From NCBI GenBank assembly GCA_046714395.1, contig JBKKBB010000072.1, forward strand, positions 1 through 57,852: 57,852 nt of DNA, given 5' to 3'. The position numbers and the translations under genes were made by a program. Positions within the stretch are counted from its first letter, which is position 1, and the number at the start of each line of letters is the position of its first letter. Origin of the DNA: Candidatus Limnocylindrales bacterium. Its GTDB lineage: Bacteria > Chloroflexota > Limnocylindria > Limnocylindrales > CSP1-4. The notes beneath the pieces were generated by a model that was given only the letters and a program-made list of their open reading frames with translations, made no database searches and was not told where the DNA came from. This document shows positions 35,154 to 44,146 of the stretch, piece after piece.

Positions 35154-36415
35154 CAGTCTTCGATCTCGATCTGGAGCGCCTCAGCGCTGCGCTCGCCACG
35201 GAACGCGGCCGCCGATGCCTCGACCAGACGTGCGCGGCGGCGAGCAACAGCGGCGGCCGGCGGTGCGCCCGCCCGGTCCGCGGCCAACTGCCCGCAGGCT
35301 GCCCCGATCTCCTGGCCGCGATTGCGCCGGATCGTGACCGCCAGACCGGCCGCCATCAGTCGATCGGCAAATCGCTCGATGACCACCATCGGACTGGCGG
35401 TCCACGGAGTATGGGCGACCGGATTCATCGGGATCAGATTGACATGTGCCAGTGTCCCGCGGAGGACGCTTGCCATCGCGTCGGCATCCAGATCGGTGTC
35501 GTTCACGCCGTCGATCATCGTGACCTCGTAGCTGATTCGCCGTTTCGTGGCGGCCGCGTGCGCCCCCGCGGCGGCGACCACTTCGGCGACCGGCCAGCGC
35601 CGGTTCAGCGGTACCAGGACGTCGCGCAATGGGTCACGGGCTGCATGAAGACTGATCGCAAGGGTGAACTGCGGGCCGAGCGCCGTCAGGCGGCGAATGC
35701 CCGGCACGACCCCCGAGGTCGAGACCGTGATGTGGCGTGCCCCGAGGCCGAGCCGGGCTGGATCGTTGAGGGCTTCGACCGCCTCGAGCACGCGGTCGAG
35801 GTTCAGGAGCGGCTCGCCCATGCCCATGAACACGATGTTGGTCAGGCGTCGGCCCAGTCCGGCCAACCGGCGGGCAGCCCCGCGCACCTGATCCAGGATC
35901 TCGGCCGTCTCCAGATCTCGCCCGAACCCGAGCTCGCCGGTCGCGCAGAACGGGCAGCCGACCGCGCAGCCGGCCTGGCTGGAGATGCACAGCGTGTTCC
36001 GCTCGCGCCGGTCCGAGGCGGCCGGGTAGTGCATCAGGACGCTCTCGATCGCCACGTCATCCGCCAGCCGATGGAGTGCCTTCTCCGTGCGCCCTCCGTC
36101 GGTCACGGTCAACTCGGTGTCGACCAGGGTGTCCCAGCGGAACGCGGCCGCCAGGTCCGCCCGGGTCTGGGCCGGCAGCGTTGAAATGGCTCCCGGGTCG
36201 GCGATGTCCGTCCGCCAGACCGCGTCGAGGACCTGCCTCGAGCGGAAGGTCGGCTCGCCGCGTTCGTGGAACCAGGCTTCCAGCGTCGCCGGGGTCTGGC
36301 CGGCGATCCCGGGGCGCTCGGTGTTGACCGGGGACGCCGGGGGTACGAGGACACGGAGCGTCTGGTTGGGCATTCGCGGCGCATTGTCGCACGAGGCCCG
36401 GACCAGGGCGGACAC
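35153..36415 (-). CDS. rlmN: 23S rRNA A2503 / tRNA A37 C2-methyltransferase RlmN (radical SAM)
   Basis: ORF 35153..36415. CISSQAGCAVGCPFCATG, FMGMGEPLLN, GAACGQL. Start uncertain (GTG 36415 or ATG 36373). Confidence 0.92.
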   Translation of the reverse strand: MSALVRASCDNAPRMPNQTLRVLVPPASPVNTERPGIAGQTPATLEAWFHERGEPTFRSRQVLDAVWRTDIADPGAISTLPAQTRADLAAAFRWDTLVDTELTVTDGGRTEKALHRLADDVAIESVLMHYPAASDRRERNTLCISSQAGCAVGCPFCATGELGFGRDLETAEILDQVRGAARRLAGLGRRLTNIVFMGMGEPLLNLDRVLEAVEALNDPARLGLGARHITVSTSGVVPGIRRLTALGPQFTLAISLHAARDPLRDVLVPLNRRWPVAEVVAAAGAHAAATKRRISYEVTMIDGVNDTDLDADAMASVLRGTLAHVNLIPMNPVAHTPWTASPMVVIERFADRLMAAGLAVTIRRNRGQEIGAACGQLAADRAGAPPAAAVARRRARLVEASAAAFRGERSAEALQIEIED

Positions 36416-36433
36416 CCCGACATCTTGGTCCGG

Positions 36434-38731
36434 TCAGGCGGTCGACATGGACCCGCGTTCCCGCATCGCGCTCCAGACTCTCGGCGCCGTCATCGGAAGT
36501 TCCGTCGGACGCGTGCCGGTGGCCGCCGCCACCGCGTTCGCAATTGCCGCCGCGCCGCCCACGACCGCGGCCTCGCCGATGCCCTTTGCCCCGAACGGGC
36601 CATCCGGCGCGGGTACCTCGACCACGGCCGGCGTCATCCACGGGATGTCCCCCGCGCGTGGGAGGGCATAGTCGAGGAACGTGGCGGAGATGAGCTGACC
36701 GGTCTCGTCGTGGACCATGGCTTCGAGCAGCGCCCAGCCGACGGCCTGTGCCGCGCCGCCATGCTGCTGTCCGGTCACGAGGGCCGGGTTGAGCGTGCGC
36801 CCAACGTCCTGGGCCATGTCGAACGCGAGGAGCTTCACGACGCCCGTCTCAGGATCCACACGTACGTGGGCCAGGAACGCTGCTACGGACGGCGCGAGGC
36901 TCGTGTGCGCCGAAGTCGCGTGACCCTCGATCGGCGCGCGAGCAGCACGATCGTTGGCGCGAACGAGCTTCGCCACGGCCAGTCCCCTTCCGGGTGTTCC
37001 TCGAGGCCGCACGATGCCCTCGACGATCTCGAGATCCGCCTCCGCGATCTCGAGCTCAAGGGACGCGGCATGGAGCAGCTGGCGCCTGGCGTCCTCGGCC
37101 GCCAGTCGAACCGCACGACCGGCCGAATAGGTGACCGTGCTGCCGCCGCTGCCCGGCGACGGCGGAGCGCTTCCCGTGTCGGCCGTGACGATCTGGACAT
37201 CGTCGGGTGAGATCCCGAGCACTTCCGCGGCGATGGCCTGGAACGCACCGTTCGAGCCGGACATGTCCACCACGCCGGTGACGATCTGGACCGTCCCGTC
37301 CGGCGACACCCGACAGAGCGCCGCGGCTGCGTCCTTGCTGCCCGGCCAATAGCCAATGGACAGACCGATCCCCTCGCCGGCCGGCAGATCAGCTCGCGCC
37401 GCCCAGACCGGCCGACTGGCGATCACATCGAGCACCTCGGGCACGGCCAGCCGGGCCCAGGGCTCCTGATCGACCATCGGGTCACCTTCGACGGCGCCGT
37501 TACGACGGCGCAGCTCGATCGGATCCTGGCCTAACAGGCCGGCCATCTCGTCGACGACCGACTCGAGGGCAAACGCGGTCGGCGGCCCGCTCGGACCACG
37601 GTAGGCGCCGACGCCGACGCGATTGGTGAGCACGCCGTAGCCACTGATATCGACCGCCGGCCAGCGGTATGGACCGGCGATCAGGACCGCCGCCAGGGCG
37701 TCCGTACTGAAGTCGTCGTACGCGCCGGCGTCGGCCACGATGCGCGCCCGGATCGCACTGAAACGGCCGTCCGCGGCGGCGCCGATCTCCACGTCCATGT
37801 CGAACGCCTGTGACGGATTCGTGGCCAGGAAGTCCTCCCGGCGTTCGAGGACCAGACGCACCGGCCGGCGCAACCGGAGCGCGGCGGCGGCGGCGATGGG
37901 CTCGAGGATTCCCCACTTGCCGCCGAACGCGCCCCCGAGCGGAGCCGGCACGACGCGGATGCGATGGGTGGGAATCCCGAGGACACGTCCCAGGTCCTTG
38001 CGCAATCCGAAGATCCCCTGCGTGCTCGCCTCGACGACCAGGGTCTCGTCGTCGTCAAGCCAGGCCACGCAGGCCTGCGGTTCGAGATAGCCCTGATGGA
38101 CCCACGACGTCCTGAAGCGACGACGGACCCGCACGGCCGCCGCCGCGAACGCGGCCTCGACGTCTCCCGAGCGATAGCGAGTCCGGCCGCTGACGTTCGC
38201 GGACCACGGTTCGCCATCGATGGAAACGTCGCCGACTCCCCCGACGGCGGCGTGGGTCTGGGCGTCCATCGCCGGCGCGCCGGCGGCAGCGCCCCCGTCG
38301 CCGGCTCGTGCCGATGGCGCTCCCTGGACCATCGCTGCAAGCGGATCGACCACCGGTGGCCGCGGCTCCAGATCGACCAGGACGAGATCCAGCGCGTCAG
38401 CGGCTGCGGCCTCCGTCTCGGCAAGGATCACCGCAACCGGTTGTCCGGCAAAGAGCACCTCATCGATCGCCAACGCGTGGGCGAGCCGGTCCCGGCCGGA
38501 ACGAAGCGCCAGGTCGGCTGCGGTCAGGACGGCCACCACCCCGGGGACGGTGAGCGCATCAGCAATCTCGATCGATCGGATCCGGGCATGGGCACGGGTC
38601 GCGAGCACAAGGCGGGCGTGGAGTACGCCCGGGTGCGAACGGTCGGCCACGTAGCGCAGCGCGCCGGTCACCTTGACCCTCGAATCGGATCGTGGGCGGC
38701 TGATGCCGACCCCGTGGGCGTGGGTCACCAT
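36434..38731 (-). CDS. Xanthine dehydrogenase / aldehyde oxidase / CoxL-family molybdopterin-binding subunit
   Basis: ORF 36434..38731, 765 aa. N-terminal a/b-hammerhead (RVKVTGALRYVADR), PLGGAFGGKWG, C-terminal FGAKGIGEAAVVGGAAAIANAV with the catalytic-type Glu. ATG overlaps the fmt stop (ATGA). Confidence 0.88.
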   Translation of the reverse strand: MVTHAHGVGISRPRSDSRVKVTGALRYVADRSHPGVLHARLVLATRAHARIRSIEIADALTVPGVVAVLTAADLALRSGRDRLAHALAIDEVLFAGQPVAVILAETEAAAADALDLVLVDLEPRPPVVDPLAAMVQGAPSARAGDGGAAAGAPAMDAQTHAAVGGVGDVSIDGEPWSANVSGRTRYRSGDVEAAFAAAAVRVRRRFRTSWVHQGYLEPQACVAWLDDDETLVVEASTQGIFGLRKDLGRVLGIPTHRIRVVPAPLGGAFGGKWGILEPIAAAAALRLRRPVRLVLERREDFLATNPSQAFDMDVEIGAAADGRFSAIRARIVADAGAYDDFSTDALAAVLIAGPYRWPAVDISGYGVLTNRVGVGAYRGPSGPPTAFALESVVDEMAGLLGQDPIELRRRNGAVEGDPMVDQEPWARLAVPEVLDVIASRPVWAARADLPAGEGIGLSIGYWPGSKDAAAALCRVSPDGTVQIVTGVVDMSGSNGAFQAIAAEVLGISPDDVQIVTADTGSAPPSPGSGGSTVTYSAGRAVRLAAEDARRQLLHAASLELEIAEADLEIVEGIVRPRGTPGRGLAVAKLVRANDRAARAPIEGHATSAHTSLAPSVAAFLAHVRVDPETGVVKLLAFDMAQDVGRTLNPALVTGQQHGGAAQAVGWALLEAMVHDETGQLISATFLDYALPRAGDIPWMTPAVVEVPAPDGPFGAKGIGEAAVVGGAAAIANAVAAATGTRPTELPMTAPRVWSAMRERGSMSTA

Positions 38732-39783
38732 CAGGCGCCGGGCTTGAGGGCTTCAGCAGCGGCGTCGGGAGCGCGGCCGGCGTGAGTCGGGCCGGACGCG
38801 GAGACCACGGCGCCGACCAGATCGGGGCGACCACGCAGAAGCTCCCCGATCGTCATCGGGCGGCCGCCGGCCGGTTGCACGCGCACCAGGCGCAGTCGAT
38901 CCTGCGTGGTGACCACGGCCAGCCCACGCCCGTCCCGGACCAGTGTGCCCACGGAGTCGTCCGGATCCGCGGGACCGATCTCGGCCTCCAGCACCACGAG
39001 TCGGTCCGACCCGACCTCCAGAAAACTGCCCGGCCACGGACGATGCGCGCGCACCTGGCGCTCGAGGGCCACGGCGGTGTCCCGGGGATCGAGCCTCCCG
39101 TCGGCGCGCCGGAAGGGCCGCGTGAGCGTGGCCGCACGGTCGTCCTGGGCAACTGCCGGAGCACGCCCTGCCAGCACGGCCGGGAGGACCTCGGCCAGAA
39201 TTCCGGCCCCCGCGATGGCCGCCTGCCTCGCGAGGGTGGGTGCGTCTTCGGTTCCTGCGAGGGGCCACGAGCGACGGGCAATCACCGGTCCGGTGTCCAG
39301 GCCCGTGTCCATCTGCATGATCGCGACGCCGCCCGCTTCGTCTCCCGCCAGGATCGTCGCCGCGATCGGCGTCGCCCCCCGGTGGCGCGGGAGGAGCGAC
39401 GGATGAACATTGAGGATCCCGAGCCGCGGCACATCGAGGAGCGCCGGCGGGACGATCTGCCCGAAGTCAGCCAGCACACCGAGGTCCGGCGCGAGGCCAC
39501 GAATCGACGCGAGGGCATCGTCGGAACGGATCCGCCCAACCTGCAGGAGCGTCAGGCCCAACCGGCGGGCGACGACGGCAACTGGTACGGGCGTGGGCTC
39601 GCCGTGACGCCCGGCAGGCCGATCCGGTGGTGTCACCACGCCGACGACGGCGATGTCCGCCCGCCCAACGAGCATGTCGAGGATCGGAACCGCGAACGAG
39701 CCGGAGCCGAAGAACACGGTCCGGACGGGCGGCGCGGCATTCGCCTCGGAGTCCGGCTCCACGGGAGGACGCGGGTCCTTCAC
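38731..39783 (-). CDS. fmt: Methionyl-tRNA formyltransferase
   Basis: ORF 38731..39783. VFFGSGSFAVPIL, NVHPSLLPRHRGATPI. GTGA overlap with def. ~20-aa N-terminal extension. Confidence 0.92.
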   Translation of the reverse strand: MKDPRPPVEPDSEANAAPPVRTVFFGSGSFAVPILDMLVGRADIAVVGVVTPPDRPAGRHGEPTPVPVAVVARRLGLTLLQVGRIRSDDALASIRGLAPDLGVLADFGQIVPPALLDVPRLGILNVHPSLLPRHRGATPIAATILAGDEAGGVAIMQMDTGLDTGPVIARRSWPLAGTEDAPTLARQAAIAGAGILAEVLPAVLAGRAPAVAQDDRAATLTRPFRRADGRLDPRDTAVALERQVRAHRPWPGSFLEVGSDRLVVLEAEIGPADPDDSVGTLVRDGRGLAVVTTQDRLRLVRVQPAGGRPMTIGELLRGRPDLVGAVVSASGPTHAGRAPDAAAEALKPGA

Positions 39784-40313
39784 GCGAGAACGGGCGTCCG
39801 GACCTCGTCGGACGTGGCGGCGCCGTCGGCGGCGTCGTCCTCATCGCTTGGCCCAACGGCGATCAACTCGTCCATCGAGGCGAGATAGTCGATGTACAGC
39901 TTGCCATCCAGGTGATCCAGCTCGTGCTGCAGCGCGCGACCAAGGAGGCCGGACCCGGCCACCTTGATCTTGCGGCCGGCGCGGTTCTGGGCAACGACCC
40001 AAACACGCTCCCGTCGCGTCACGTACGCGGCGTAGCCAGGGATGGACAGGCAGCCCTCAAGATCGCGATCGTCTCCGGTCGACTTGACCATCCTGGGATT
40101 CACCAGCTCGTGCAGCGTCCCTTCGACCTCGATGACACAGGCATCGACGGCCTCGCCGAGCTGCGGGGCCGCGAGCCCGACGCCCGGAGCGGCCCGCATC
40201 GTGTGGGCGAGGTCATCGAGCAACTGATGCAGGTACTTGCCGAAGCTGTCGACCGGTTGACCCTTCAGCCGAAGTCGGGGGTCGCCGAGGAGCAGGATGG
40301 GACGGACGCTCAT
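39780..40313 (-). CDS. def: Peptide deformylase
   Basis: ORF 39780..40313. GVGLAAPQLG, EGCLSIPG, QHELDHLDG. Confidence 0.95.
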   Translation of the reverse strand: MSVRPILLLGDPRLRLKGQPVDSFGKYLHQLLDDLAHTMRAAPGVGLAAPQLGEAVDACVIEVEGTLHELVNPRMVKSTGDDRDLEGCLSIPGYAAYVTRRERVWVVAQNRAGRKIKVAGSGLLGRALQHELDHLDGKLYIDYLASMDELIAVGPSDEDDAADGAATSDEVRTPVLA

Positions 40314-40319
40314 CGGCGC

Positions 40320-40325
40320 AGTATA
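40320..40325 (-). promoter_or_regulatory. Candidate -10 box (TATACT) 6 nt upstream of the def ATG (leaderless configuration)
   Basis: Minus strand TATACT-gcgccg-ATG (40325..40311). No room for an SD. Confidence 0.4.
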
Positions 40326-40352
40326 GGTGAGCCGAACAGCGGCCCCTGATCA

Positions 40353-40374
40353 GGGCGCGGCCTTGGCCGCGCCC
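40353..40374 (-). terminator. GC hairpin after the small hypothetical gene
   Basis: GGGCGCGGC-cttg-GCCGCGCCC, 9-bp perfect stem. No clear U tract on the minus strand. Confidence 0.45.
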
Positions 40375-40394
40375 TTCAGCCCGAGTTCAGGCCG

Positions 40395-40808
40395 CTATGC
40401 GTCCTTGCCCGCTGCTTCGTTGTCCGCGTTCGCGCCAGCCTCTGCCTCGGCCGCGCGGCTGGCCTGATCGCGGCGCAACTCGGTTGCGAGGTCTCGCGAG
40501 CGCGCGGCGATACGCGTGCCGGCCTCGGCCGTGAGCTCGGCAGCTCGGGCTGCAATGGGACCTGCCTTCTCGCCGGCGACGACCGCGAGCTCGGCGGCTT
40601 TCGCGCTGACCTGGCGAAGCACGGGACCCGCCTGTTCGGTGATGTTTTCGATCATCGACTGGAGCTGGGACAGCCACTCGCGAGCACCAGACTCGGTTCC
40701 CTCATCGGCCTTCCCCTCGCCGGCGGTCTCGTCGGTCCAGGCAAAGGACTCGTCAGCCTCGGGTGCCGACTGCTGGTTGTCCGTGCGGTCCTGCGTCTCG
40801 ATGTTCAT
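40395..40808 (-). CDS. Small acidic / amphipathic-helix protein of unknown function
   Basis: C-terminal 137 codons of ORF 40395..41045: MNIETQDRTDNQQSAPEADESFAWTDE...AAELAVVAGEKAGPIAARAAELTAEAGTRIAARSRDLATEL. ATG 40808 is preceded by GAGAGGAG. The longer ORF would overlap the priA 3' end. Confidence 0.6.
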   Translation of the reverse strand: MNIETQDRTDNQQSAPEADESFAWTDETAGEGKADEGTESGAREWLSQLQSMIENITEQAGPVLRQVSAKAAELAVVAGEKAGPIAARAAELTAEAGTRIAARSRDLATELRRDQASRAAEAEAGANADNEAAGKDA

Positions 40809-40920
40809 GGTTGCACTCCTCTCGTTCGCGGCTTCGCGAACCGTCTGTTGTGGATCCCATTGTCGCCGGTTCAGCGTTCTTTGCACATCGACGGCCCTTG
40901 CCTGCGCTCCCACGTCCGGT

Positions 40921-43473
40921 TCAGAGCAGTGATTCGGGATCCACATCAACGGACCATGGCGGGCCCGGTGGGTCGCCCAGCACGGCGATGGGATCGTCCC
41001 CGCGGAGGACGAGGTTGAAGCGCCAGCGATCGGCGCGCCGGGCAATGTAGGCGGGTGCCGGACCGATCACCTCGACCGCCGCCCGGAGCTCGGCCGCGCG
41101 GGCGCGGAGCTGTTCCGCGTAGGCATCCGCCACCGTTTCGGCGGCGGTGCGATCGGCCAGCGCCACGGTCAGCTTGACCAGCCTGCCGAAGGGCGGTGAA
41201 CGGAAACGCCGGCGCAGGACCAGCTCCGCGTCATAGAACGAGGCTGGGTCTCCGAGCGCAACGGCCCGGATCGCAGGGTGATCGGGTTGATAGGTCTGGA
41301 GCACCGCGTGCCCCGGGCGATCACCTCGACCGGCGCGGCCCACAGCCTGCACGAGGAGCTGGTACGTCCGCTCGGCAGCCCGCTCGTCGGGCAGATTCAA
41401 GGCCACATCCGCCGAGACGATCCCGACGAGCGTGATTCCAGGCACATCGAGCCCCTTGGTGATCAGGCTGGTGCCGACCAGGATGTCGATGCGGCCGTCG
41501 GCGAGGTCATCGAGGATGCGCGTCGCTGCGCCTCGACGTTCCACCACGTCCCGATCGAGCCTCGCGACGCGGTGTCCGGGAAACGCTTCACGCACCTCTC
41601 GCTCGAGTCGCTCGGTACCGCCGCCGAGGTAGCGGATCCGGGCGGACTGGCAGCTCGGACAACGTGTGGCGAGCGGGCTGGCCCGGCCGCAGTGGTGGCA
41701 GCGGAGGGTGATTCCGGCCTGGTGGTAGACGAGCGGCCGGGTGCACTCCGGACAGGCCTGCACGGTCCCGCAATCACGACACAGGACCACCGAGGCCGAT
41801 CCCCGCCGATTGATGACCAGGATGACCTGCTCGCCGGCCGCGCGATCAACTCCCCCGATGGCGGTCACGAGCGCCCGGGACAGCATCCCGCGCTGACCGG
41901 CGGCCAATTCCTGGCGGAGATCCACGACCTCGATCGTCGGGGGCCGCCCCGATAGCCGGTCCGTCAGCCGAAACCGCCGATAGGTTCCGTCGCGGGCACG
42001 ACCCTCGGTCTCGACCGCCGGTGTGGCGGAGCCCAGAACCACCACGGCGCCGGTCTGCGCGGCCAATCGGACCGCCGTGTCGCGGGCCTGGAAGCGAGGC
42101 GTTCGATCACTCTTGTAGGCCGGATCGTGTTCCTCGTCGACGATGATGAGGCCCAGATCCTCAACCGGGGCCAGCATCGCCAGACGGGTGCCGACGACCA
42201 CGTCGACGGCCCCGGCCCGGATGCGTCGCCACTCGTCGGATCGCTCGCCGTCGGACAGGCCCGAGTGCACCAGCCCGATGTCGATCCCGAGGTCCACCCG
42301 GAGTCGATCAACCAGGGGCAGCGCAAGGGCGATCTCCGGCACCAGAACGAGCGTGCGGCGGCCGGTTGCGAGGCATGCCTCGATCGCCGCGGCGTAGATC
42401 GCGGTCTTGCCGCCACCGGTCACGCCATCGAGAAGGAGCGGGATGGAGGCGCTCGACGCCAGGGCCATCTGAATGGCCTCCACGGCGGCCGCCTGTTCCT
42501 CGCTCAGCGGGGCCGTCGATGGCCGCGCGCCGCGCCGCCCCGGCAGGCGGGTCCCGAGCGGGCGGCGCGGCGCCTCCCGCGCGACCACTCGCACGAGTCC
42601 ACGAGCAGCAAGACTGCCCACCACCGAGCCGCCATGGCGCGTGGCGAGTTCGGCGGCCGCGACGCCCGGGGAGCCCGCCCGGTCGAGTTCCTCGAGGGCG
42701 GCTTTCTGGCGCGGGCCGAGCGGCCGTGCCCGGCCGCGGCTGTCTGCCGACGAGCTCGCCTCCTCGGGCGCGCTGTCTCGAAACGTGCGCTGGACGAGGC
42801 GAATGTAGCGTGGCCCGGCTGCGGCGCCGATCAGGGTCCAGTCGAGTTCGATCCGCCCGGCCTCCCGGAGCGCCCGCAACCGGCGCAGAAGGCCGGCGCG
42901 TCCTTCCGGGGTGTGCAGTCGCCGCACAGGACGAGGACCATCACCCAGCTGCTCGAGGATGGCCTCGTCGGCCCGCTCGATCGATCCCTCGATCGATCGC
43001 TCGGCGTCCGACGCCGCGGGGTCCGAGGACTTCGAGTCCGGACGTCGCTCGGCGACGAGTTCGAGGCGCTCGAGCAGGCCCGGCGGCAGCATGGCCCGGA
43101 GCACCAGCCCCGGCGGTGCCAGGTAGCTCGCAGTGATCTCCCTCGCCAGGAGCATCGACGCAGCCGGCAGGAGCGGGCCATCCGCACGAACCCGGTCCAG
43201 GATCGGCTTCGCGATGATGCCCTCGGCGATCGACGTGGTTTCGAGGACGATGCCGAGCGCCTGGCGCCGCCCGAATTCGACCAGCACGGCCTCACCATCG
43301 GCCAGCGGTTCGAGGCGCCCGGGAACCCGGTAGGTGAAGGCTCGGTCGCCGCCCGCCCCGGCTGCGTCGATCGCGACGGCAACGAAACGGTTCCCCTCCG
43401 GTCCCGTCGCGTCGTCATGCTCCTCCCCGGCCTCGGAGAGCCCGAGCGTCGCCTGGTTCGGCCCGGTCGCCAT
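40921..43473 (-). CDS. priA: Primosomal protein N' (replication restart helicase PriA)
   Basis: Within ORF 40921..43737. GVTGGGKT, IIVDEEHD, Zn-finger cluster CRDCG..CPEC..CHHCG..CPSC. Start set to ATG 43473, 14 nt after the gmk stop. Confidence 0.9.
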   Translation of the reverse strand: MATGPNQATLGLSEAGEEHDDATGPEGNRFVAVAIDAAGAGGDRAFTYRVPGRLEPLADGEAVLVEFGRRQALGIVLETTSIAEGIIAKPILDRVRADGPLLPAASMLLAREITASYLAPPGLVLRAMLPPGLLERLELVAERRPDSKSSDPAASDAERSIEGSIERADEAILEQLGDGPRPVRRLHTPEGRAGLLRRLRALREAGRIELDWTLIGAAAGPRYIRLVQRTFRDSAPEEASSSADSRGRARPLGPRQKAALEELDRAGSPGVAAAELATRHGGSVVGSLAARGLVRVVAREAPRRPLGTRLPGRRGARPSTAPLSEEQAAAVEAIQMALASSASIPLLLDGVTGGGKTAIYAAAIEACLATGRRTLVLVPEIALALPLVDRLRVDLGIDIGLVHSGLSDGERSDEWRRIRAGAVDVVVGTRLAMLAPVEDLGLIIVDEEHDPAYKSDRTPRFQARDTAVRLAAQTGAVVVLGSATPAVETEGRARDGTYRRFRLTDRLSGRPPTIEVVDLRQELAAGQRGMLSRALVTAIGGVDRAAGEQVILVINRRGSASVVLCRDCGTVQACPECTRPLVYHQAGITLRCHHCGRASPLATRCPSCQSARIRYLGGGTERLEREVREAFPGHRVARLDRDVVERRGAATRILDDLADGRIDILVGTSLITKGLDVPGITLVGIVSADVALNLPDERAAERTYQLLVQAVGRAGRGDRPGHAVLQTYQPDHPAIRAVALGDPASFYDAELVLRRRFRSPPFGRLVKLTVALADRTAAETVADAYAEQLRARAAELRAAVEVIGPAPAYIARRADRWRFNLVLRGDDPIAVLGDPPGPPWSVDVDPESLL

Positions 43474-43486
43474 CAGCCGACGGTCG

Positions 43487-44146
43487 CTAGATCCGTGTCC
43501 GGCGATGCAGGTAGGCAGCCTTCTCGCTGAGGATGATCTCGTGGATCCTCGTCGCGGTGCGCCCGATCTGGCCCGTCTCGTTGACCACCACGTGGTCGTA
43601 GTCCTCCTGCCGTGCAAGCTCGAGGGCGGCATTCCGCTGGCGGACGTCCAGTTCGTCGGCTGATTCCGTGGCCCGGGAGCGGAGGCGCTGGAAGAGGTCC
43701 TCGAGCGACGGTGGCACGAGAAAGATGAGCAGAGCATCGGGGACCCGCTGCTTGACCACGGCCGCCCCCTGCACGTCGATCTTCAGGATCACGTCGTGAC
43801 CGCCCCGCAACGCCGCCCGGAGCTCGGCCCGAGGCGTTCCATACCAGTTTCCATGGACCTCGTTCGCTTCGAGCAACTCGCCGGCATCACGCAGGTCCAC
43901 AAACGCCCGCTCGGTGAGGAACCGGTAATGGACGCCCTCGACCTCGTACGAGCGCCTCGGGCGCGTGGTACAGGTGACGGCGTAGTGGTAGTCGGGCACA
44001 CGCGGCTCGGCGCGGAGCGCCTCGATCACGCTGTCCTTTCCGACGCCTGACGGTCCGGACAGGATCACGAGGACGGCGCCCGGGGCACCGAGCCGCAGAT
44101 CGTCAGGTCCGGGCTCGGGTGCCTGGCTCACGTCGGAGTCGCTCAC
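43487..44146 (-). CDS. gmk: Guanylate kinase
   Basis: ORF 43487..44146. LSGPSGVGKDS, TTRPRRSYEVEGVHYRF. GTGA overlap with rluD. Confidence 0.95.
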   Translation of the reverse strand: MSDSDVSQAPEPGPDDLRLGAPGAVLVILSGPSGVGKDSVIEALRAEPRVPDYHYAVTCTTRPRRSYEVEGVHYRFLTERAFVDLRDAGELLEANEVHGNWYGTPRAELRAALRGGHDVILKIDVQGAAVVKQRVPDALLIFLVPPSLEDLFQRLRSRATESADELDVRQRNAALELARQEDYDHVVVNETGQIGRTATRIHEIILSEKAAYLHRRTRI

